DNA of 64,000 nucleotides from a virus. Both the position numbers and the translations under genes were made by a program. Where the stretch lies: IMG/VR virus record IMGVR_UViG_3300042691_015370, positions 64,001 to 128,000 of that record; one strand, 5' to 3'. The notes below the pieces were generated by a model that worked only from the letters and a program-made list of their open reading frames with translations, was not told the DNA's origin and searched no databases. Shown in pieces: positions 8,301-17,500 of this stretch (position 1 is the first letter of the stretch; the number at the start of each line of letters is the position of its first letter).

Positions 8301-10757
8301 GGCATCACCATAGGCAAAGACCTGACCACACTCATCAACTACCCAAAAGCCCTTTTTCTTTGGATGTGATTCAATGGCCGTACCCTTGCCGCCCACATAG
8401 TAATCTTTAGTATAACCATAGGAAACTCGGCCATAATGAAGATACTTAGTTTGGATACCCCTAAAAGCAGTAGCTGTAGGGTCATTGGGTCGTGGAGGAA
8501 TGTGTGACGGTAGTCCCTTAGGGTTATCAATCGCATCACCAAACGCAAAGACTGAGCCATTACTAAAAAGAATCCAGTAGCCATTACCGGTATTAGTAGC
8601 AGCAATACCATTACACGTCACTCTTGGGGCAGTGTCCCAAGCGGTGTTTATATTGCCATTATATTTCCAGTTTGGATCAATAGCATGCAAAACACCCTTA
8701 CCGTCATAGAATTCTTGTGCGCCACCCCGATAGATTTCGAGCCATTTGATACGCCAATCATAGTAACGCTGAGGACTGTTGACTACATAATCTGTTTGCC
8801 CATTGTAGCCTGTGTGAAGCTCAGCGTCACCATAAGCCTTGACATTGCCCATCCAGTCCACAATCCAAAAACCCTTACCAGATGGTGTTACGGCCATATC
8901 GTGAGCACGGTTCTGGGTCAGAGAATACACCTTGCCGCCAGCCAGTACCGTGTGACCCGTCTCACCCGGAGAACCGTCCAATGTGGTACCAGAAATGGTT
9001 GGTGTACCAGCCATGTAGGGATCAGTTCTGTGGTTGTAGAAGTGACCATATGGGGCTGGCAAAGCTCTGTAAGAAGCCTGAATGTACCTGCGCTCTGACT
9101 GAATGTCATCTAACGGGTCATAGCCCGGTGAATCAGAATCGAAGTCGGCAGCGTCACCAAAACCATGAATAGTGCCACCGTTTTCAAGCACCCAGTAACC
9201 ACGAGTTGGGTGAGGCTGAATACTCCATGTCCAAGTTACGTCATTAGCCAGTGCCTCATAGGGAGTCTTGTTCTGACCCAGACAATAAACCTGTACGGTC
9301 TTAAATCCTGCACGATACTGATCACCGGCAGAGTTTGGCATACCGGAGTAGTAGAAACGCTGAATGGAGACGCGAATCTTATCGACGTTGTTGAACTGAA
9401 CAAGTTCGCCCTCTTGTACTTGGATTTCTTTTCCATACAGTCTCTGATGTAAACGACGATCTGCCGGGTCTTCGCTGCCAGCGAGGACACCGGAATAGAA
9501 ACTTTCCTGCTCGCTAACCATTCGACGCAGTTCAATGTTGACGGCCTGTTCACCACGCTGAGAATCACCGCCCGGTGTAGTCTCTGGAATATAGGCTTCA
9601 GACACATAAGGAATGTCCTTACCTTGGCCCAAGGGTGCCAACACACTCTTGTTCTCTGTGATAGTGCCATTCACAAGGGTGCCCTCTGCCCACTCGCCAT
9701 CCACCATCACGGACACAAATATCTTGTAACCACCAGCCCATGCCGTCAGAGCAATAGAGCTAACGTTTTGTTCATGACCAGCAGGTATCTCCAACTCAAA
9801 CCAAGCAGTATCAGTTTCTAGGGGACCATCAATGCGACGTGGGAATGCTTCAGTAAGGTAGAAGTCTTGAATGTCACCATCAATAGCAGCAGCCAAAGCG
9901 TGCTCGCCGCCGATAAAAGGGTCACCAGCGATACCGTCAGCACTGGTGTTGCCGGGATTAACCTGTACGGGACCACGAGAACCGGGCGCTGAGGATGGGA
10001 CACTGCGGGCACGGGGACCCCAAAGAGAGTCGAAACGAGACTTGCCCGGTGGTACATACTCAAGGGGATACAGAGCGCTGGGAATGGTAGGAGGAAAGAC
10101 GATCTGATCAAGCAGCAGACGCCCAACGTCACGGCAGTTCAATGTCATAAGACCTTGACTTGTACCAATCACCGAATCAACTAGCCAAGCACCAGTCATT
10201 ACGACGTTGGATGTGGCTAAGTTATGATCAATCGACAAGAAGTTTCCGGGCTTAGGTCGCCCACCGTAACCCTGATATGTAAATAGTAACGCATCTTCTA
10301 CGAGGACGTTTCTCCACGAAAAATCATTGTCCCAAGTGCCATCTTTACGGTACGCACCCATGCTAGGACTCTGATTCCATGAAGGACCAGAGTCTCCGTC
10401 CCCCCGCTTGGGCCAGAAATATCCGGGCTTACCAAGCTGACCAGCAAGCTCTGGCTGTGCAGTATTGATTTCATGCCAAGCGTTATAGATCGTGATCTGG
10501 CAAGTAGCAATGTCTTGAGAGAGGCTGCGAGTAATCTGAATAGACTGAATGGACGGAATCTCATGCTCCACAGCCTCAGGATCTCTGTAATAGCGGTAGG
10601 AGCCTCGTACAGAGTTGCCATAGACCGGGCTGGTACTACGTAGCGTCCAGTCAGCCTGAACCGTTACACGCCCATTGGGAGCGCCCTCGTCGCCAATCAG
10701 TAAACCGCTCTGGATACGATCAAATATCTTGCGCTGAAGTGCTGCTGTCCATCTCAT
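5394..10757 (-). CDS. Large tail tip/hub protein with beta-propeller, CBM5/12-like and lectin-like C-terminal domains
   Basis: Start at ATG 10757 (ATGA overlap); hub-like segments (DVIRELAEVVGYVVYVDQEGGLRF; NPCLDVDDQVRL); six GYW..GxV.AFGDA repeats; WDAEKEGGYGTGARVSYNGVTY...PGTGPEW carbohydrate-binding motif. Confidence 0.75.
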   Translation of the reverse strand: MRWTAALQRKIFDRIQSGLLIGDEGAPNGRVTVQADWTLRSTSPVYGNSVRGSYRYYRDPEAVEHEIPSIQSIQITRSLSQDIATCQITIYNAWHEINTAQPELAGQLGKPGYFWPKRGDGDSGPSWNQSPSMGAYRKDGTWDNDFSWRNVLVEDALLFTYQGYGGRPKPGNFLSIDHNLATSNVVMTGAWLVDSVIGTSQGLMTLNCRDVGRLLLDQIVFPPTIPSALYPLEYVPPGKSRFDSLWGPRARSVPSSAPGSRGPVQVNPGNTSADGIAGDPFIGGEHALAAAIDGDIQDFYLTEAFPRRIDGPLETDTAWFELEIPAGHEQNVSSIALTAWAGGYKIFVSVMVDGEWAEGTLVNGTITENKSVLAPLGQGKDIPYVSEAYIPETTPGGDSQRGEQAVNIELRRMVSEQESFYSGVLAGSEDPADRRLHQRLYGKEIQVQEGELVQFNNVDKIRVSIQRFYYSGMPNSAGDQYRAGFKTVQVYCLGQNKTPYEALANDVTWTWSIQPHPTRGYWVLENGGTIHGFGDAADFDSDSPGYDPLDDIQSERRYIQASYRALPAPYGHFYNHRTDPYMAGTPTISGTTLDGSPGETGHTVLAGGKVYSLTQNRAHDMAVTPSGKGFWIVDWMGNVKAYGDAELHTGYNGQTDYVVNSPQRYYDWRIKWLEIYRGGAQEFYDGKGVLHAIDPNWKYNGNINTAWDTAPRVTCNGIAATNTGNGYWILFSNGSVFAFGDAIDNPKGLPSHIPPRPNDPTATAFRGIQTKYLHYGRVSYGYTKDYYVGGKGTAIESHPKKKGFWVVDECGQVFAYGDAVHHGELKNRIYNEGADSSFTLKLFDYAVDITSTDTGDGYWILFNSGLVAAFGDAVSKGPLELDSINKQFENNVAVGGSRLDPELDYYKRLFYSMARDQDGRGYWVLRADGEVYFHEATDWGNPGWNGLTGYRWHEGNFDGDYAQIVKELAMWAGFTFFEEIKDQSSIQVTAPEGYTVDEYGNYDPTSNTAGTLEQYEQINMLGGIETTAIKQDIEIQGDKWDKKYIIDVIRELAEVVGYVVYVDQEGGLRFRSPNWWRSGNFDYNGWRIWTYEEDGEVFRIPEQWVEDTGAQPFIPEIHEEVDLMSYSATINNTDKRWQILIGTETPDPQDISRTGHVQHFPPFANEEVRPGVPSSRHIPRTSIWTSHVFENADERKLMAEVIGIHNYFAGRTGTVTATANPCLDVDDQVRLIERSTSETFIHRIQGITTRMNLDDGTYIMDLQTHWLGSADNWVLVTTAEGEPWDAEKEGGYGTGARVSYNGVTYISTIADNATTPGTGPEWVEQNSVENPYVVISDQLDSWQRETDRGLELSGYAAKNPYDLQVTGTFTSGIVGMSDNGAKWGVWVDDPEVVVSNDETTFPCVNYKSFGRGLKWPFTSATPLEYEDDGETYNAAVLRHSGQDFFLTLGYTPDHLQGFTSRVLVVEDRLGVNSEFATQDVDIASDLDPAGGVTIIPSPFEEVVIGPGTGTGTASSFHAWWHKDPPIRYEEVSVTLEVVEQPTVDDLYYWAMQLDFTDASNVVLSGGHCGLQWIDGYPDYNAVNWGGYISDEGQTEFGPGLPSQLVGSTSSLPSAASNDNTRNYAWNEATEYRFRVFKVANQGGEPANTTRWRCTITNLTTNVTTTIRDLYAYGDRIHGVAVWSEIFAGCNDPTATVRWSDFEAIEYGSGDSITIDEFYIWYQVDGCENTNTYSDGSGGIGQRTNTTRTTPHDSYLNLGPAPPPPMISEGTGPGPTVWNDFLNLPDPY

Positions 10758-11155
10758 CCTAGATCCTCGGTATTGCTCCAATCGACCACGATCCCGCTAA
10801 TGCTGAACTCGTGTCGCCATGGATACTCAACGGTTCTAACTCTGCGGGGATCAAATGATGTGAACACAACCCAATACGATCTACCGAGATCGTCAGTCAC
10901 CTTGATCTGCTTATCCGTCTGAGTCCACGCACGTAGCGCATTGTATTGATCTTCGGTCAACAATGTTCCAGAAAGTGTCATGCTCTGCTCACGGTTACGG
11001 CCCTGAAACAGCACGGGACGGCCCCGAGTGATCGGCGTCGGTGTCAAGGTCTTTTCAATAGAGGGCATTGTAGTATCTTTGGGGTTGATCTCTAACTCAT
11101 AAGAGAGAGAGGCGTGAACATCCTCAAACAGCCACGGTGTACGTTCTGATGGCAT
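10754..11155 (-). CDS. Distal-tail (Dit)-like protein, paralog 2
   Basis: Position after TMP; shares NP...TDDLGR.[YW].V...SF..RR..T...HE pattern with 11155..11586. Confidence 0.6.
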   Translation of the reverse strand: MPSERTPWLFEDVHASLSYELEINPKDTTMPSIEKTLTPTPITRGRPVLFQGRNREQSMTLSGTLLTEDQYNALRAWTQTDKQIKVTDDLGRSYWVVFTSFDPRRVRTVEYPWRHEFSISGIVVDWSNTEDLG

Positions 11156-11586
11156 TAGATCGTAGCCTCCTGAGCCTCTTGTAGAACAAAACCAGTCAAC
11201 GTGTACTCATGTTTGAAAGGCTTGTTCTTCATTGTTGGTAACCGACGAATCACAAAGCTCTCAAGCATAACCAACCAGATACGACCCAAGTCATCAGTCA
11301 AATAGATTGGGTAATCCTTATTGACCCAATCCTCAAGTGTACCGTGCTCAAGCTCATTATAGGTCTTGCCAACATAATTAAAGGTTTCAAAGTTTCTCTG
11401 TGAGTACGACAAAATAGTGCTAATGCAGTCTACCCCAGCATCATTGAGATACATACCAGAACGTGCAGCATAATTCACTGTACGATTGATAGCATGTGAA
11501 CCACCATCTTCATATGGGTTCACGGGCATGTAATAGGTTTCATCGGTAATTGGATCGTAAAGCTCCCAAGCAATTCTTCTAGCCAT
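11155..11586 (-). CDS. Distal-tail (Dit)-like protein, paralog 1
   Basis: Immediately downstream of TMP; paralogous to 10754..11155. Confidence 0.6.
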   Translation of the reverse strand: MARRIAWELYDPITDETYYMPVNPYEDGGSHAINRTVNYAARSGMYLNDAGVDCISTILSYSQRNFETFNYVGKTYNELEHGTLEDWVNKDYPIYLTDDLGRIWLVMLESFVIRRLPTMKNKPFKHEYTLTGFVLQEAQEATI

Positions 11587-11596
11587 CGAAGCCCCC

Positions 11597-14500
11597 TCAG
11601 TAGTGAGGCTCGTAAGAGCCTCTAGTGCCCGGAACGCCCATGAACTGGATCATCACGTCCATGAACTGCTGGAAGTCCATGCCGCTATTGATCGTCACGC
11701 CACCCATGTTCAACTGACGCCCATCAGTATAACCCATCGCCTGACCGCCAGCATTATAGGAAGTCTGCTGGTTCATGCGGCGAATCTCGTACACTGTTGG
11801 GAGGCCCAAAGTTGATGGCATGTTGATCGACAGATCAGAACTCATATCATCCTTGAGGCGCTTCAGTTCAAGCTCAAGTTCCTTGAACTTCTTGGAGCCG
11901 GGGATGACGGTAGACTGTAGGTTCTTGATGTGAGCCATGTACGTAGACTTGGAAATCTCGTTCATCTCTAGCATGTACTTGTACTCATCGTAACGGTCAG
12001 TATAGACAGCATCCTGTGCGGCCTTGTCTGCGCTAATAGCAGCGGCACGAAGCCTATTGATCTCAGCCTCACCCATACCCTGATCAATACCGTACTGAAG
12101 CTGAGCCTGAGCCTGCTGGCGAGCTACCTGAGCAGCACCAACCTCGTCTTCAATCGCAAGAAGTTCAGCTTGACGCAACTCCATAGCAGACGTGCGAATG
12201 TTTTGCATAGCATCAGCAGCCGTTCGCTGAGCATCAGCGAGTCTTGTTTCAAGATCGATAATTGCATCAATGTCATTAGCCTTCTTAGCATCTGCTAGAA
12301 GCTGATTGAGCATCTTGATGTTGTTATCAGACTGCTGCATTGGATCGCGAGTCCGAGCATTTAGCAGACCGAACAGTGCCTCTACACGAGCACGGTAAGC
12401 TTGGCGCTCTGCCTTAATGGCATTGTTGTAGGCTTCCTCAGCAGCCATGATCTCATCAATATCGCCACCCTTTCTTGCATCAGCAAGAATCTGAGCAGCA
12501 GCCTGAGTATCCATGTTTGCGTTGGCGAGATTGTCATTAGTTCTGGACTTCTTAAGCCCAAATAGTGCTCTCACCCTAGCCGCATACGCAGCCCTCTGTG
12601 CTTTTTCTGCTTCAAGTAGGGCTGTCCAAGCATCAGCATACTGAGCACTATCTTTGCCAAAGATTCTCTCCATGTCAGCAAGTGAATTTTGAGCAACAGC
12701 AACGTCGATGTTAGCACCTTGCAGCGAATCCTTAGCCAAAGCTTTAAATAGCCTACCAAGAGACTGCATTTGAGCATTGAGAGCAAGCTCAAATGCTCTC
12801 TGTAGTTCTAGTTTCTGTTCAAGAGCAGCGTTCAGTGCCGCTTCATCACCCTTACCTGATGCTACATCAATATCAAATTGATTGTTCAGCAGAGCACCGT
12901 AGGCTCGCTTGACGTCATTACCACCAGCCCAACGAGCAATATTGAGACTATTTCTAGATCTATTGACAGCAATACCTTGTTCAAACTCAGCTTTCTGAGC
13001 TTCACCAACCGCAACGTTAGCCTCATCCCATTCTGCTGTACCCGGAGCGTAACGATCTCTTGCAGCAATGGCCGCTAGAACGTTATTGCGAGCAATCTCC
13101 ATTGGGTTAAATGTACGTGAATTGGCAAGTCTAAATCTTCTAGTTGCCGAAGCTGTAATAGCGTCCATGTACTGACTCTGGGCAGCCCAATAAGCCTGCT
13201 CAGCTTCGTCTACATCGGCCTGAGTGGCTTCGCCCGCCGCAAAAGACTCTTTGGCCTTCTGCCATTCAATTGCAGCGGCCTCCCAGTTCGTTCTCGCCGC
13301 TCCCAGCGTATCGCCAGTAGCGGCCTGCTTCGCTCCCTGAGCACCTGCACGGGCAGCACGGGTACGTCGCTCTTGCTGTCTGCGGGCATTTCTGGTTTCG
13401 ATCTCGCTTTCTTCAACGTCAAAATTAGCATCTTCAAGATCATCAGCGTACTGCTGTTGAGCTTCCTCAGACCAATCTTCGCCGCCCCTTGCTTGAGCAC
13501 GATCTCTATCTCTAATGATTCTGTCACGCTTGTCGCGAGCAGCATTCTCTTCAGCCACAGCGGCCGCAACGGGGTCGTTGCTGCGCATAGCGTTGATTCT
13601 TGAACGCCTATACTCCCTATTATCCTCACGCTCTTCACCAGCCAAGATAAATGCATCTTCTTGACGCTTGAGATTTCTCTCAACCTCTTCTGGGCTAGGC
13701 AGATCCGGTGGTGGAGCTACGCCAGCAGGGAGCTTCACGTCCCCTGCCATGCCAACAAATTCTAACAAAGCATACAGGAACTGTAGATGCTCTTCCAGCT
13801 TCTTAATATCCTCTTCAGAAGCTTCTGGATCAGCCTTTAGTTCAGCTAGTTTATCCTTTGTGACGGCAAAACTGGACTTCAAGTCTCTTGTATTAGATGC
13901 ACTCAAAGTATTGTCGTCTAGATAGTCTCTGACAATAGACTCAGTAAATGCTTCACCACTTAGAGCAGACCTTGGAATCAGACCCTCACCAAATACTGAA
14001 TCTTCACCAGTTGGTGGCGTGTATCCAAAGTCCTTAACTAGCTGTGCAGTTGTTGCATTTCTACCGGGCTGAGCGGTACCCTGATCATCCTCAGCTATCC
14101 ACAATTCCTTATCAGCATCATAAGTGTAATTTACATTCGCCCCAAGAGCATCTTTTCTTGAGAACGTATCTCCGTCAGCGGGTCCAGCTTCATTGGAACC
14201 AGACCGTGCGCGAATAGCATCATAGGCTTCGATACCAGCGGCAAAAGCTTCCGAAGCCTTAAAACTATCTGTAATAACTGCATTGTTTGCAGCACGCAGT
14301 CCCTCATCTTGACGCATTCTTTCAATGACAGATGCATCATCTGTAGTATTGGCAAACAAGCTTGCATAAAAAGCCTTCTTAGCGTCAACTACCTGTGCCG
14401 CTACTTCTAGCCTTTGATCACGATCATCAAAAGACGCATTGTTAAGCAAGTCTACATAAGCGCTCAATTGAGCAGCCTGAATCCCAGCCTCAGAGGCACC

Positions 14501-17500
14501 AAATATCTCCATCATCTGGAGAGATCTATCAACCTCGCCCCTGAGAGCCTGAGAAATCTGTTGCTCAGCCTGACGCTTAGCCTGAGCGTATGCTTGAAGA
14601 TCTTCTTCTGAAGGTGCCGTGTCACCGCCATACATCGACTGGCGCATCGTTCTCAATGCTTCAGTGGACTCTTCGATCAGCCCTTTAGTGCCCGTTCTAC
14701 CAGCGCTAAATCGACTAGAAGCCTCTGTAATATCAAAGTTAAGGCGCTCGGCCCTCGTCATATCCTCTAGCTTGGCTTCACGCATCTTGCGTTGAGTTTC
14801 AGGATCATCAAGCGAAACCTGAGCAGCCTTTTCCAAACCAGCCCGAATGCGTGCAACCTGATCCTCGTTAAGATTGCCTTCGGCCTGCATACGTTCAAGC
14901 TCAGCTTGTGGATCATCGGCGGTAATAACCTCAACAACTTCAGCAGACATATTGTCTGGATTCTGATATCCTAATGCTTCAGCGTAGGCAGCCTTAAGTG
15001 CAGCCTCATTATCAGAAAGACGTTCTGTTCTTAATCTTCCACTTGAACCACCAACAATACCATTATCATCAAAAATTTGATTTAGTAATGATTGCTCATT
15101 TTTAGCCCTACGTCGAAGTGACAAACGAGCTTCGTCAATATTTTCGCGCTGCATTTCTTGAAGTGCAGGGGATTGCCGTCCAAAAGCTTCACGAATCTGT
15201 CTAGGAGTAGCGTCTCTGCCGGGTCGAGTGCCTCGACTTCCACCACCAGCAATCGCTGCACCACCAGCAACCCCACGATCGTTAAAACCGCCACTCAATG
15301 CAGCAGTCATTCCAAACGTCTGGAAATAAACCTCTCTTGCAATTTCTGGATTGGCTCGCAAATCGTCTAGTGCAGTGGCCCGTTCAATCGGGATCTCTGC
15401 AAGCACGGCCTGACCACGCAAAATACTCGCTTCAGACTCACGGTTAAATATGGGTCGCCACCAGCGGTCCCAGCCACCACGATCCGACTCAGCGGTTCTT
15501 GCTTGGGATCTTAATTCGGCCGCACGCTTTGACAGTGCCGACTCTGACCCATCTATACCAAGAGCGGCAAGCTTACGTGCCCCTTCATTACCTTCCTTGG
15601 AAGTTTCATAAAGCTCACGCAATGCGGCAGTATCTTGATCTAGCATGCTGTTTACGGCGCTATAAGCTGCCGTAAGAGCCATAATCGCAATAAATGGATT
15701 AGATACCAGACTACCTACAGCGCCAGCAAGGGCCGCTGCTCCACCGCCACCAATCTTCGTAGCAGCCGTACCTACACCCGCTCTCAAACCAGCCTGAATC
15801 TTGCCAGTACCAGAATCTGGCAAGATAGGACCGGCTAGTCTGACCCCACCACGACCAATCGGTGCCCCGGAACGATAATTTTCGTATCTGGCGGCGAATC
15901 CACCAGCGCGATCGTACATTCCTCTCTGAATATTCGACCTATACTGAGCAAAGGAGTCAGGTGCCCAGACATTGCCAGCCATGCGACGTTGCTCGGATGT
16001 TCCAGAATAAAGTACTTGAGACTTGCCATTTTCGTCTACAGCATATCTTGCCCCAGTTGGAGTAACAGCATAGTAGCCACCCTTACCATCAGGCATAGGT
16101 TTAGCAACTGCGTCTGATCCATCTGGATACTTTGTAGGATCTAATACAGTAGCCTTGCCAACAGGTGAATAGAAGCCACCAACGCCCTGTGTCATGGCTC
16201 CTGTGTAAATAGCGTTAGTTCTGGTCATCACCTCCCCACCGTGCTGGATAGCCATACGCAGAAGCTTCCAAGCGGCTACGGCACCAAGAATCTTAGCTGG
16301 TGTGCCGCCCAGAATCTCATTGATGAAAGTAAACAACTTAGCAACAGGAGAGATAACGGTTGCCAAAAGTTTAAGGCTATCAATTAGAACCTTAAACATA
16401 TCCTCTAGACCAGCGTCCAGAGCATAAACCATAATAGTACGGAATTGCTCACCAAGAATTCTCATCTGCGTGGTAAGCGTTTCCTTCTGTCGTTCAAATC
16501 TCTTTTCTAGCGCTCCCTCACTATCTGAGGCACGGGCCTCAAACCTTTCCGTGTTCTGTGGCTTAGCAAATGCTCCAATAACCACACCAGCTTCACGACG
16601 GCCACCAAGCAGTTGATATAGCTGCTCTTCAGATTCCTTACTGATATTTGGCAGGGCTTGAGGCAGTGCCTTAAAGACATCTGCTGTAGTTCCTTCACGC
16701 AATGCATCAATAAAATCTGGACCAAAGCCCGGATCTTTATACGCAAGCTGGAGAAGAGCGTCCTTATTGCCGGGAACAGATGGCAAAACTCGACCCAACT
16801 GCTCAGCAAGAGCGCCACCGGTACGACCAGATGTCTGAGCAATGGTTGCACCAATGGCAATAATTTCATCTGACGTAAACCCAGACTGCTTAGCGATAGG
16901 AGCAATACTTGACAAGAACTCAACCTGAGAAGCTACGTCAACACCAGACTCTGAAGCTACTGCCGTAAGCTTGTTGCCAATAAGCTCATTGCTCTCTCCG
17001 AAAGAGAGGCCAATCGCAATAGCCTGATCACTCAGAGTCTTGGTCGGCAAGTCTGCGACAACCGCAAGCTTCGCTGCGGCTTCTCGCTGCTCCTTAACCA
17101 ACTCTTCGCCCGAAATCGACCTATCACCAGCACCCTTAATCGTTTCTCCCAAAAATGCGCCTCTAATAGAGATCTCCATTTTTGCGATCTCATCAGCGCC
17201 GACACCAGTTTCCTTCGAAAGATCAACGATAGCCTGTTTAATGCCATCAATCTTGCCCTTAGCGTCTTCACCAAATGTTTGCGCTAGCTGCGAGTCAAGG
17301 CGTGCTAGCGCAAACTTGAGTTCTTCAGCTTCCTTGAGAGCGCCAACAAGACCAGCCCCAACACCAAACAAAAGCATAGAGGGCAAAGCATACTTCATAC
17401 TTTGAATTGCGCCCTCACCAAACCAACCGCCCAAGCTGTCATCGCCTCGCACAGCTTGGCGGAACGCCGTAAACCGACTTGGCTTACCATTATTGCCATA

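Noticed and set aside
12050-13600. ~55-60-aa periodic helical repeats at the TMP C-terminus
   Set aside because: Ordinary ruler-type repeats expected in a tape measure.
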